Source: Gammaproteobacteria bacterium
GTDB taxonomy: Bacteria; Pseudomonadota; Gammaproteobacteria; Eutrophobiales; Eutrophobiaceae
Length of the DNA: 64,000 nt
Direction: 5' to 3'
Assembly (NCBI GenBank): GCA_965215365.1
Contig: CBDCDS010000003.1
Span: 1,632,001 to 1,696,000, forward strand
Part shown: piece by piece, positions 41,181 to 51,100 of the stretch
How positions within the stretch are numbered: position 1 is the first letter of the stretch
Layout of the letters: each line of letters starts with the position of its first letter
Notes under the pieces: model-generated
The model's input: the letters and a program-made list of their open reading frames with translations, nothing else
What the model was told of the DNA's origin: nothing
Databases searched by the model: none
Position numbers and translations under genes: made by a program

Positions 41181-42458
41181 ATGACCACATCGTTCCCGCA
41201 TGATTTCAGTGACGAACGCTACACCGAGGCACTGTTGGGCCTGTTCAAGCCCGGCACCGGCGTGGCCCCGCCCAAGCTCGCCGGGCGCGGTGATGAGACG
41301 AAGGTCTTTGAGCGCCAGCTGTTGATCGACTTGCGCAAGGGATGCGGCCCGGCAGGGGACTTGGTGCTCTTCGGGCCGCGCGGTAACGGCAAGACGGTGT
41401 TGCTCACTGATCTCAGTCGCCGCGCCGCTGAGCGTCAGATTGACGTGGTCACGCTGACTCCTGATGAGATCGATTCCCCGCTGCAGCTAATCAGAAACTT
41501 ATTGCAGCGTCCGCCGTCGACACTGGCGTCGGGCGGGCTCTGGCTCGGGCGCTTGTTGAGGCGGCGCGCACCGCGCACACAGAAGGCCTCGGCGGCGAGC
41601 TTACGCGTGGGAGCGGGCGATCTCAGCGCGGAGCTCAGTGCTGAGCTCAGCGTTGTCTCAGACGATGAGCTCAGGGTGTATGGTGAGGCCAAGCTGACTG
41701 CGCGTTGTCGCGCACAACCGCTGTTGGTCACCGTGGACGAAGCCCATACGCTCGATATCGAGACCGGGCGCCGGCTGCTGAACCTCAGCCAGCAGCTGCG
41801 CACGGCCGATGTCCCGTTCGTCCTCATCTTGGCCGGCACGCCTAATCTTGAAGCGCATCTGGGTAAGATGAGCGCCACCTTCTGGGATCGCTCTGAGATC
41901 CTGCCGATCGGCCGGCTGAGCGCTAAGGCCACGGCCGAGGCTTTAACGACTCCGCTGGCCCAATGGTCGGTGGCTTTCGAGCCGGACGCCTTGGCGGCGG
42001 TGGTGGATGACTCACAGTGTTATCCGTATTTCATTCAGCTTTGGGGGCGGGCGTTGTGTGGCGCCTTGGTCGAGCAAGGGGGGGGGCACACAGTGACCTT
42101 GGGTCTCGTCAAGCAGGCTGCCCCACAGGTCGCGGCACGGCGCCTGCGTTATTATGGGAGGCGATATCTGGAGCTCGAAGATCGTGGCTTGCTCGAGACC
42201 GCGTCGCTCGTCGCCGGCTGTTTCGAGAAGTCCGAGCAGGTGGCCAGGGCGACGCTCAAGGCGGCGTTGGGCGAGGGGCTCGGGTCAGACGCCGAGGCCG
42301 CCATGGCGGTGCTCGGCCAACTCGCCGACTTAGGCTACACCTGGGCGCCTGACGGCGGTCGGGAGATCGAGCCGGGTATTCCGTCGCTGATGAGTCATGT
42401 GCGCGAGGCGGTCGCTGAGGAGGCGATGGATTTTCCAGAACCGCCACCGCGGCCTTAA
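41181..42458 (+). CDS. AAA_16-like P-loop ATPase (intact cargo copy)
   Basis: AAGGAG RBS; FKPGTGVAPPKLAGR, Walker A GPRGNGKT, Walker B VTVDEAH, SQCYPYFIQLWG and PGIPSL. Confidence 0.9.
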   Translation: MTTSFPHDFSDERYTEALLGLFKPGTGVAPPKLAGRGDETKVFERQLLIDLRKGCGPAGDLVLFGPRGNGKTVLLTDLSRRAAERQIDVVTLTPDEIDSPLQLIRNLLQRPPSTLASGGLWLGRLLRRRAPRTQKASAASLRVGAGDLSAELSAELSVVSDDELRVYGEAKLTARCRAQPLLVTVDEAHTLDIETGRRLLNLSQQLRTADVPFVLILAGTPNLEAHLGKMSATFWDRSEILPIGRLSAKATAEALTTPLAQWSVAFEPDALAAVVDDSQCYPYFIQLWGRALCGALVEQGGGHTVTLGLVKQAAPQVAARRLRYYGRRYLELEDRGLLETASLVAGCFEKSEQVARATLKAALGEGLGSDAEAAMAVLGQLADLGYTWAPDGGREIEPGIPSLMSHVREAVAEEAMDFPEPPPRP

Positions 42459-42592
42459 CCCGCAGATATCACCAAGTCGCTTGTTGCCTTGTGCAACATG
42501 ATTGCTCTCAATAAGTTATGGTAACCTCTAAGCCTTCATGATCAACCCCTCACACAGCACAGTCTCATAGGCATTGAACCTGAACAAAAGTC

Positions 42593-42621
42593 TTGACTGT
42601 AGAGTGGAATTGTGTTAAAGT
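42593..42621 (+). promoter_or_regulatory. Sigma70-type promoter of the poly-C secreted gene
   Basis: TTGACT, 17-bp spacer, extended TGn-TAAAGT; similar to the promoter upstream of 29578. Confidence 0.6.
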
Positions 42622-42673
42622 TGCGATGTCGTTCAGCTTCTATACAATCACCCGTTTACTGAGGAGAACGAGA

Positions 42674-43235
42674 ATGAAAATGAAACTTACGGTTACCCCC
42701 CCCCCCCCCCCCCCCCACACGCCCTAGCCGCCTGACGGCACCGGCCACCCTGCTGGTGGCCCTGATGCTGGGACTGGCCGGCACCCTGCCGATGACAACA
42801 TATGCGCAGGTTAATCTGTGCCCGAATGGATTGCTTCAGTTGAATAACATCTATATGACCGTAACCGTGGGTCAGAACCGAGGGTCGACATACAACCCGG
42901 ACACAGCCCAGTTTACGACCGACACGACAAAACATTCGGCCACGGTTACGGTCAGAGAAGAGCAGGCGAATCTCCTTATCACCGGCCGGGGGTACACCTC
43001 TGGCCAATTCCGTTTTGGGATGCAGGGCGAAGGCGAGGCCCTTCTCCACCACGGCGTCATGTGGTCCGCCGGGCGCCTTCACAATGGTCAGTTGTCGGGG
43101 ATTGACATTCCGATCTCTTTCCATAACCTGGAGCCGGGCACAAAGTACGCTGTGGAACTTCTTGTAGAGAATACCAATCTCCACCCTGAGCGGCGCCTAC
43201 TATTCCGGAACTGTTTCCAGACGCCCGCGCCCTGA
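42674..43235 (+). CDS. Secreted hypothetical protein, frameshifted at a C21 tract in the signal peptide
   Basis: GAGGAG RBS and ATG at 42674. MKMKLTVT followed by C21 (42696-42716) hits TAG at 42725; C20 or C23 gives ...PPPP-TRPSRLTAPATLLVALMLGLAGTLPMTTYA/QVNLCPNG. C-terminal FHNLEPGTKYAVEL is FN3-like. Confidence 0.75.
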
Positions 43236-43329
43236 CCCCACGCCCTTCCTGCTGCTAGCGACTATGCTGGCACCTGCGGCGGTGACGGCGCAGATGGTTG
43301 GAGGCAGTGTCTGCCCGTCAGGCACGTTT

Positions 43330-43451
43330 GGTCACCTCTCACAAACACGAGGTGACCGTGCAGCACAAGGATGTGCTGCCAGTAACTGCAAGCACGTAAG
43401 TGCTTGAAAATGAAGGAAATGAAAAATCATACTTTTTCATTATCTCTGAGA
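43330..43451. repeat. Repeat family A, partial copy
   Basis: GGTCACCTCT...GAGGTGACC-GTGCAGCACAAGGATGTGCTGC...AAGCACGTAAGTGCTT-GAAAATGAAGGAAATGAAAAAT. Confidence 0.85.
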
Positions 43452-43596
43452 GACAGTGATGGCGCTCTCGTCCATGGCGTGTGGCTTCACATGGGGACAG
43501 TTCGCAGTGGTCAGCTAGGAACGCACCTTTATGCGGGATAGAGGTGGTCGGTACATCCATGTTACTTTATACTCCTGGTGTTTCCGTGAGTAGAGC

Positions 43597-44115
43597 ATGT
43601 CCGAGAGAGCATTCAAACCGTTAAATATCGCCGTGCTGGTGGTTTCCGATTCGCGCACGGAGAAGACCGACAAGTCCGGGAAACTGCTGGTTTCCAGGCT
43701 GGAGGCGGCGGGACATTGCCTCTATGAAAAGTCTATTGTGCCGGATGACTGCCATCAAATTCGCGCACAGGTGGCGCGCTGGTGCGCCACCTCGGATGTG
43801 GACGCAGTGCTGGCTACCGGCGGCACCGGCGTGACTGGTCGCGACGGCACGCCCGAGGCCGTTGCGACGCTGCTCGACAAGCAAATCGAAGGTTTCGGCG
43901 AGCTGTTCCGCCACCTGTCCTACCAGGAAATAGGCACTTCATCCCTGCAATCACGCGCCTTGGCCGGCGTTGCCAACGGCACATATATTTTTTGTTTGCC
44001 GGGCTCTGCCGGCGCCTGCGCCACGGCCTGGGACAAAATTATCTCGCAGCAACTGGACTATCGTACCCGACCCTGCAACCTGGTGGAACTGATGCCCAGA
44101 CTCAAGGAACACTGA
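43597..44115 (+). CDS. moaB: Molybdenum cofactor biosynthesis protein B
   Basis: IAVLVVSDSR, DKSG, TGGTGVTGRDGTPEA, QSRA, FCLPGS and RPCN. Confidence 0.95.
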   Translation: MSERAFKPLNIAVLVVSDSRTEKTDKSGKLLVSRLEAAGHCLYEKSIVPDDCHQIRAQVARWCATSDVDAVLATGGTGVTGRDGTPEAVATLLDKQIEGFGELFRHLSYQEIGTSSLQSRALAGVANGTYIFCLPGSAGACATAWDKIISQQLDYRTRPCNLVELMPRLKEH

Positions 44116-45110
44116 TGGCACTGGCCGCCGGTCAGGCTCACCGGGCGATACGACTGTGCCGGTCTTGCGGCCGGTTGCCGGGACGTTTGTCAGCGTATCT
44201 TTGTATGACGCTTGCGCTGGTGTGTTTGTTAGCGACGTTCCCGCTGCGGGCGACCGGGTCTTTTACCCTGGCGCAGCCAGTTGACTCGGTGGTCGGCGCC
44301 ATTCGCACTGTTACCGCCCGGCACGAAGACACGCTCCCGGACCTTGCCAGGGCGCATGGCCTGGGTTTCCAGGAAATTAAACTGGCCAACCCGGAGGTGG
44401 ACACCTGGTTGCCAGGGCAGGGCGCCGGGATTGTGCTGCCGACCTGGTATGTGCTGCCCGAGCCGCCCCATGTCGGCCTCGTGCTGAACATACCGGAAAT
44501 GCGCCTGTATTATTTTCCCGCCCAGGAACCGGACCAGGTGGTCACTCATCCGATCGGGGTAGGGCGCCAGGGTTGGGTTACCCCGTATCTCAATACCCGG
44601 ATTATCGAAAAGAAAACCCGTCCTTACTGGTATCCGCCCGCATCAATCCGCAAGGAACACGCCGAGCAGGGTGACCCGCTGCCGACACGGGTGCCGCCGG
44701 GGCCGGATAACCCTCTGGGAGACTATGCGCTGAGATTAGGCTTGCCCGAGTATATTATTCACGGCACCAACAAGCCCTACGGTATCGGCCTGCGGGTCAG
44801 CCATGGTTGCATCCGTTTATACCCGGAAGATATAGCCAGCCTGTACCAGCGGGTGGCGCTGTACACGCCGGTGCGCATCATCAACCAGCCCTACAAAGTC
44901 GGCCGGCGCGGCAATAAACTGTACTTAGAAGCCCATCCCTACCTGGAGGAAGATGCGGCGCAGTTCCAGGGTAGCCTGACCAGCGTGGTTAAAAGCCTGA
45001 TAAAAATTACCGGTGAGGACGCCTACGAGATAGACTGGAAACTGGCACAATCCGCCATCGACCAACGCGACGGCATTCCGGTTGCGATCGGCAGGTTAGT
45101 GGATAATTAA
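44115..45110 (+). CDS. L,D-transpeptidase (ErfK/YbiS/YcfS family) with LysM-like N-domain; start may be 44205
   Basis: ANPEVDTWLP, NIPEMRLYYF, PPGPDNPLG and catalytic IHGTN...SHGCIRL. Confidence 0.93.
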   Translation: MALAAGQAHRAIRLCRSCGRLPGRLSAYLCMTLALVCLLATFPLRATGSFTLAQPVDSVVGAIRTVTARHEDTLPDLARAHGLGFQEIKLANPEVDTWLPGQGAGIVLPTWYVLPEPPHVGLVLNIPEMRLYYFPAQEPDQVVTHPIGVGRQGWVTPYLNTRIIEKKTRPYWYPPASIRKEHAEQGDPLPTRVPPGPDNPLGDYALRLGLPEYIIHGTNKPYGIGLRVSHGCIRLYPEDIASLYQRVALYTPVRIINQPYKVGRRGNKLYLEAHPYLEEDAAQFQGSLTSVVKSLIKITGEDAYEIDWKLAQSAIDQRDGIPVAIGRLVDN

Positions 45111-45243
45111 CCCGCAGCCTGACCCAATCCGGCGCGATCTTCGCATCACTTGGTGAGAGCTGCGGGTTAAGGGTGCCATCTGAAAATTAGAGATGCCTAT
45201 GCAGCACAGGGACGTGCTGCCATTTTTAATCATGCGAGTGATT
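45107..45243. repeat. MITE family B short form (45107-45170) abutting a partial family A copy
   Basis: TTAACCCGCAG...TGCGGGTTAA at the Ldt stop codon, followed by GGGTGCCATCTGAAAATTAGAGATGCC-TATGCAGCACAGGGACGTGCTGC. Confidence 0.82.
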
Positions 45244-45354
45244 CCGACGATGTTATAAAAATGGTGTTACACTGGAGCTTCATGGCACAGGGTTGTACCG
45301 TTTCAAACCAAACATCAGCAAAAAGGGAGATGTAGCTCTCCTGTGGAGGAGATC

Positions 45355-45618
45355 ATGACTGAAAAAACAGATACTCTTGATGACAATATCAATGCATTTC
45401 AGAAGATATCCGATGAGTTACATGAACATCATTTGGGCAAGTTTGTTTTGATGCACAACAGTCAGTTCATTGCATCGTATGACAATTTCGACAATGCAGC
45501 GAGGGCGGCAATAGAGAGGTTTGGCAGAGGCCCTTATCTGATTCGTCAGGTTGGCGCTCCGACTGAAATGACTTTGCCTGCCTCCATTGCTTACCGGCCG
45601 GATTATGCCAATCATTGA
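45355..45618 (+). CDS. Small DUF5678-like protein
   Basis: GGAGGAG RBS; ELHEHHLGKFVLMH...A.ERFGRGPYLIRQVG pattern; AT-rich. Confidence 0.65.
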   Translation: MTEKTDTLDDNINAFQKISDELHEHHLGKFVLMHNSQFIASYDNFDNAARAAIERFGRGPYLIRQVGAPTEMTLPASIAYRPDYANH

Positions 45619-46051
45619 AGCCGGATTTATAAGTGATGATGGTAAACCGGACCCGGCTGCATTGGTTCGGTTTGGCCCGACTATTAAGGTTTTCGCAGGA
45701 CACTTGAAATCTGGCGGCAGTTCCAATTCGGTTACGGATGAATTTGTTCACGCATTGATTGACACCGGTGCCACTGAAAGCTGTATCGACATCTCTTTAG
45801 CGCAAAAGCTCGAACTCCCTGCTGTAGACAGAATAACTATTTCCGGTGTGGGTGGGACAAAGGTACACGATATGTACATGGCGCAAATTCATATACCGCA
45901 GCTTAATTTTACGCAATATGGCAAATTCTCTGGTGTGCAGTTGGCAGGCGGGGGGCAGCAACATTACGCGCTGTTAGGCAGGACTTTTTTGCGAGGAACC
46001 ATAATGATATATGACGGAATAAGGGGTCAGGTTACTGTAACCACTTCGTAA
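45605..46051 (+). CDS. Retropepsin-like (clan AA) aspartyl protease
   Basis: ALIDTGATES catalytic motif, ISGVGG flap and LLGRTFL; overlaps the upstream gene. Confidence 0.85.
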   Translation: MPIIEAGFISDDGKPDPAALVRFGPTIKVFAGHLKSGGSSNSVTDEFVHALIDTGATESCIDISLAQKLELPAVDRITISGVGGTKVHDMYMAQIHIPQLNFTQYGKFSGVQLAGGGQQHYALLGRTFLRGTIMIYDGIRGQVTVTTS

Positions 46052-46192
46052 AAGTAGCAAATATTGCTCCCGGCAGGCCGCCTACGAACACCATCGTCGC
46101 CACCAGAACAACGCTCGTATTCATTCAATCTTTCTCCTCAGGGCTTGCTGCCCGGATTAACAATAAACCAAGCAGCCTGACCCAACCATCTG

Positions 46193-46303
46193 CTACTCGG
46201 CGGGCGGGGCGGCGCGCTTTTTGCGGGTGCGATGGGCCAGATAGCTGAGCGCTGCACCGCCGGCGAGCAAGGTCAATAGCGGGGCCAGTATGTTCCAGGC
46301 CAT
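46193..46303 (-). CDS. 36-aa single-TM peptide with basic tail
   Basis: GGAG RBS; MAWNILAPLLTLLAGGAALSYLAHRTRKKRAAPPAE; ATG overlaps (TGATG) an upstream two-TM frame. Confidence 0.5.
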   Translation of the reverse strand: MAWNILAPLLTLLAGGAALSYLAHRTRKKRAAPPAE

Positions 46304-46493
46304 CAGTTCTCCAGGCTGCCGGCCACGCTCAGGGCCAGACCGCTTATCACGATCACCACGCCAGGCCCGGCCAGACTGGCATCGAGCGCCCCGGCAATCA
46401 GGCCGGTGGCCGCCACGATGGCGCCGGTCTGGCGCAGGCCGGCGCCGATATGGTCGGGTTGATATTCACGGGTGAAGTATAATAGAGGCGCCC

Positions 46494-46775
46494 TTATTTC
46501 TGCATCGCCTTTTCAAACATGCGATCCAGCTTGCTTGAATTTTCGCTGCAGCAGGCATTTGCCGCGTCCGCCGCCGCCTGGGCCGCCCTGGCGGCATCCA
46601 TAGCCTGATCGGCTGCTGCCGTAGCGCTATCTGCTGCTGCCGCCGCCGCTGCCGCTGCCGCCTGTGCGTTTTCTGCCATGGATTTAGCCTCATTCACTTG
46701 CTCGACCGTTGCGCATCCCCCCAACAGCATCAGCACGGCTGCAAAAAATGTGACTTTGGTTAAAGTGTTTTTCAT
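46494..46775 (-). CDS. Lpp/OprI-like alanine-zipper outer membrane lipoprotein
   Basis: GGAG RBS; lipobox LLGGC, poly-Ala zipper and C-terminal KLDRMFEKAMQK ending in Lys; close to the L,D-transpeptidase. Confidence 0.9.
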   Translation of the reverse strand: MKNTLTKVTFFAAVLMLLGGCATVEQVNEAKSMAENAQAAAAAAAAAADSATAAADQAMDAARAAQAAADAANACCSENSSKLDRMFEKAMQK

Positions 46776-46877
46776 ATCATATTCTCCAGTTTGCCCGGTT
46801 ACAGTAGTGGATTCGAGCGGGTATTGTAGCAAATTATCAGGTTAAAACAAGCAGTAGTGGCGGCAGTTGTATTGTCT

Positions 46878-46938
46878 GGCCCGCAGATCTCACCCGGTGA
46901 TGCGAAGATCGCGCCGGATTGGTGCTGCCTGCGGGCTA
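46878..46938. repeat. MITE family B, short form
   Basis: GCCCGCAGATCTCACCCGGTGATGCGAAGATCGCGCCGGATTGG...TGCGGGCTA; overlaps the TAG stop of 46936..47301. Confidence 0.85.
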
Positions 46939-47301
46939 TCGTCCCATTCTGCCGGACGGTCGCTGGTAGCGATGTTCATGATGGCTGTCGACAAACTCCA
47001 ACAAAGACTGCTCCAGTCCGCTCATCGGGTTGGCCTCACAATAATCATCTATCCAGACCATAATCTCATCTAAGCTCAGGTTGCCGGAGATACTGTAGGT
47101 GTCCGGGACCATGGCGTTATAGGCGGTTAAATACCCCATAATGTAGGTCCGGTAAGGGTCTTTGCCATCGGTAGTGCGCTCCTTGAGATAGCGGTAGCAG
47201 GACTTCTGTCCTGCCCCCCAGATCGCATAGTTGCCTGACTTGTCCATGCCCTGGGCCGGCAGCCACAAGGCCGCGCTCAACGCGCAGCAGACAATCCGCA
47301 T
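46936..47301 (-). CDS. Secreted hypothetical protein with two Cys (Rap1a/HdeA-like pattern)
   Basis: GAGG RBS, signal peptide; GAGQKSC...YIMGYLTAYN...WIDDYCEANP. Confidence 0.75.
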   Translation of the reverse strand: MRIVCCALSAALWLPAQGMDKSGNYAIWGAGQKSCYRYLKERTTDGKDPYRTYIMGYLTAYNAMVPDTYSISGNLSLDEIMVWIDDYCEANPMSGLEQSLLEFVDSHHEHRYQRPSGRMGR

Positions 47302-47370
47302 AAAAAATTCCTCATAGCATTAACTCGTAGTATTGCAGGCACCTCTGACACAAACCACCCGCGAACCATT

Positions 47371-47585
47371 CTACCCGACCACGGGTTTATTGCAAGGGAA
47401 ATCCTCAGCGACGCAGGCGCGCAGGCACTTTCGCACGTGTGTCATCAGCGATGGAACGCCCGGCTTGAAGAAATCATTCGCCCAACGAGGGTCGGCGGGC
47501 GCCCGCCCGTGCAGGCCATAAATAGCCTCTTTAGGCCTTTGCGGTAACAGGCATCACTGAAATCATGCGGGAACGGTGTGGCCAT
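47371..47585 (-). pseudogene. Internally deleted AAA ATPase homologue
   Basis: MATPFPHDFSDACYRKGLKRLFMACTGGRPPTLVGR matches the N-terminus of the 41181 ATPase and is joined out of frame to FKPGVPSLMTHVR...VAEDFP, matching its C-terminus. Confidence 0.8.
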
Positions 47586-48130
47586 GGCACCCTCTCGATA
47601 GGACAAGTGGATGTAAATTGAAGTATCCTTTCTATGTTCAGCAGTGTACATTGCGGCGCGCCCTTAAGTCAACACAGGGAATTGACCAAGAACCATTTTA
47701 TATGCGGGTTAAGACCACTCTGCCCCGGCGCATTGATAAAACCTGTATTGGCTATTGAAAAAACAATGAGGTCGGGTTTCATTTTCGCTTGATATCAAAT
47801 ACCGGCTTTGGTTTAATGTCGGTATGTCATATTACCACGGTACTGTGTTGCTGATGTGAGAGGTAGCTGAAATGTCCTGCGATTCTTATTCTCTAACCCG
47901 TATGGAACGCCGGTTTTTCCGAGCTTGGGAAGAAATTCTCAGCAGGGCACCTCTCGTTTGGCTATCACTCTACCCCTCTATTTGATTACCGGCCGGCCAG
48001 ACCGGGAGCTGCGTCGGGTAATCCTTGCATGGCGCCAAGCCTCATGCTGTTAGCCACTGCGCTGAGCCGCTATGTGCAGTCGGTGCGGGCGGCCTCGATG
48101 GTGAGCCTTCAATAGGCAAGAGCTAAAGCC

Positions 48131-51100
48131 TTGTCTATGATCCGCATGATGTATCGAACGGCAGGCTTTGCGCACCGCCCGGCGCTCGCCGGGTTGCTGC
48201 TGTCAGTGGGGGTGGTCCTCGCCGTCTCCGGTCTGCTCCGGGCCGGGCCCGTTGCAACGCCCGGTGCCCGTCTCACCGCCGGCGACCTGACGGTCTCTAT
48301 GGACGAGACCGGCCTCATCACCGGCCTGACCGCTCCGTCCGGGCGCGACTATCACGTGAACGAGCCGCCCACTGCGCTGCTCAGCCTCATTGTTGAAGAT
48401 AAACCCACCGACCTACCGTCCGCCGGTACGGCCGCCCACTATCGCCCCCTCCGCTGGCGTTTTACACCCGGGACACCGCAGCTCGGCGAGACCGCCCGCG
48501 GCACTTACACGTTTGACTTTGCCGAGCACCTCAGCGTCACGGTGGCGTTCGTGGAAAAGCCCGGCTATGCCACTCTGGCCGTAACTGCCCTGCACAATCC
48601 CGCCGGCAAGGATGTGCGTCATATCTTGTGGGGGCCGCTCAGTACCTCTATTACCGAGAGTGTCGGCGAGACGGTGGGCGTGGTGCGCGGTCGTGACTTT
48701 GCCATGGGCTTATTCGGCACCAATGCTAAGACCTTAGGCGGCTGGGCGCGCGCATATCCGGCTACGGGGCTCAAATCCTTAGCCGCCGGTGAGGACACCG
48801 CCGGGGATGTGCGTACCGTCGCACAGGACTTTGCAACCGCCGCGGCGGTGCGCACGGTGCCGGGCAGTATTCTACAAGCCCATACCCAAGACTACACCCA
48901 AGGGCGCATGGTGGAGGTGGCGCCCACCGGTGGTCAGGAAGGGCGCCGCCGGTGGGTACCCGCTCTGACGGGAGAGTTCGCCACAGCCGGGCAACTAGTC
49001 GGCTCGCAGGTGGCGTTGTTCGGTGTCGCCGGCACCGATGCCGCCGGGGTGACGCATGCGTCACGGCGCGAGGCCTTGTATGCCAAGGTGCTGGCGCGCA
49101 TTGGCGCTATTGAGGTAGGGGAGGGCATGCCCCATCCGCAGCTCGATAAGGTCTGGGCTAAGCAAGCACTGCGCGCCAATGCGCCGTATTTGCTGTTAGA
49201 GGACTTAGACAGTCACAACTTAGACACCGCCTTGCGCTGGGCTAATGAGCTCGGTTGGGACACGGTCGCTAAAGACGCCTGCTGGGGCGTGTTCGCGCGC
49301 GGGGGTGACTTTCCGATCAGTGATGCCTTCGGCGGCTCGGACAATGCCTTGCGCTCGGTCATCGAGCGGGCGCAGTCCCGACACACCACGCTGGGCGTGG
49401 ACATCCGCTCGAACTGGTTACCGGCACCCTATGCCACGACCCACCTCGGCGGGTTAGCAGCGGCACAACATGCCACCTTAGCCGCACCCGTCACCGCCAC
49501 GGCCACGACACTGACCGTGGCACCGTTACCCGGCGGTGACTTGCAGCCCGGGTTCGCCACCACGGGGTACGTGGTCATCGGCACGGAGCTGATGGGTTAT
49601 ACCGAGACCACCCCTGTGGCCGAGAACCTGGTATTGTCGGGACTCACGCGCGGGGTCGATGCCACCTTAGCCCAGGGCCATGCAGCCGATGCACCGGTCA
49701 AGCGGGTGATTCGCAAGACGCAGTGCGGGGAATATCTGGCCGGCTTGACGCTGATGCGCGGGCGGGTTGCCGAGCGGCTCATCGAGGTACTGGACTTAGG
49801 CCTGGGCGGCGTGTCCTTAAGTGGTGCTGAGGCGCTGGCGGCAGATGGCTACGGTGCGCTGGCGGCGAACCTGGTGATGGACAAAATCTATCGCGCCCTG
49901 GCCGGCCACGACAACCTCATTACCGAGCTCAGTGTGCTCACGCCTTATACCTGGCATGTCAACACCCGTGCCGGTGCGGTCAATCAGGACCGGCGCATTT
50001 TGTCATCGGGCTTAGCCGCCCCGCAGGTGTCTTATCCGTGGGGTGCGCAGGTCTCTGCCCGGCGTAATTATCTGGCGCGCCCGATGCTGGGACGCTGGCA
50101 TATCCCAGACGCCAATGGCTGGCGTTGGGCGCTGGGCAAGGCCGCCGCGCTCGATGCCGGGTTGGCCTATGTCGGGCGCGTGCGCGATGCGGCCCGGCAT
50201 GACGCCCCGTTGCGCCGTGAGATTCGCCACTGGCGCTATGCCGCACTGGCCGGTGCCTTCGATGCGCCCAATCGCTTAGTGATGCAAGAGCAGGGCGCGT
50301 ATTTTAAGTTAGACCGGGTGTCCCACACCGGGAGTATCGGCCCGACCTGGAAGTTATCGGACTGGGCACCGCTCGGCGCTGCCGGCGGGCAGCGCCGCAA
50401 CAGCCGTTACCTGGCCCCGCAGCTGCGGGGTTTTCCCACCGCCAACTTAGCGCGTGATGCCGAGGTCACGGTATCGGGCGCCTTAGCGCCGGAATTTGAC
50501 GGCGCGCACGCGCTCGATGGGTTCACGGTGACCGGTCACGATGGCGGTGCCGGGGAATGGGCGCTTGCCGCCGGTGCCCGTGAGAAGTGGATTGAGCTGA
50601 CCTGGGAGACCCCCCGGCGGGTGCGTGAGATCATATTGTTTGACCGCGCCTCCCCGCAGCAGAACGTGCGCGCCGGGAGTTTGACATTGACCCGGGCCGA
50701 CGGCACCACCACCACGCAGCGGGTCGATGCCTTGCCGCTGACCGGCGGGGCGAAGCGCATCGCCCTGTCCGACCAAGCGCTGGTCAAGGCGCGTTTCACC
50801 CTGCACGCGACCCAGGGCGCCGCCCCGGGCTTAGCAGAGTTCGCAGTGTTAGGCCCCGCGCCGGTCTATCAGGTTAGCAACTTAGCCACAGGCGCCGTAG
50901 TCAGTGGCGTTGCAGCCGGTCAGGGCGCGCGCATCACTGACGGGGTGATAGCACCCGGCGCCGAGCCGGCGGCGACACTGACCGGTGCCTTTGCACAGTT
51001 GGACTTAGGCGGGCTGCATTATATCGGCGGGCTCACTGTCTGGCATGCCTTCGGTGACGGGCGGCGCTACCAGGATGTGGTCTTCGAGCTGGCCGACAAC

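Larger units (their letters stand above)
40968..42586 (+). mobile_element. Non-autonomous IS481 derivative carrying an AAA ATPase (copy 1)
   Basis: Left end TGTCCG, then an IS481 transposase 5' fragment (about 40976-41133), the ATPase, a partial MITE-B, the transposase 3' tail and TIR GTCTCATAGGCATTGAACCTGAACA. Flanks AAAGCC (40962-40967) and AAAGTC (42587-42592). Confidence 0.78.

Noticed and set aside
41181-42458. ATPase as an IS21 IstB or Tn7 TnsC helper
   Set aside because: Its size and motifs fit AAA_16-type ATPases, there is no IstA or TnsB, and it interrupts the transposase rather than following it.
46560-46670. GCN-rich low-complexity run as a contingency repeat
   Set aside because: It is the alanine-zipper coding region of the Lpp/OprI-like lipoprotein and uses mixed codons.
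47789-47798. TTGATATCAA as an FNR box
   Set aside because: FNR needs TTGAT-N4-ATCAA and here there is no spacer; it fits better as the -35 of a possible TTGATA-17-TTTAAT promoter.
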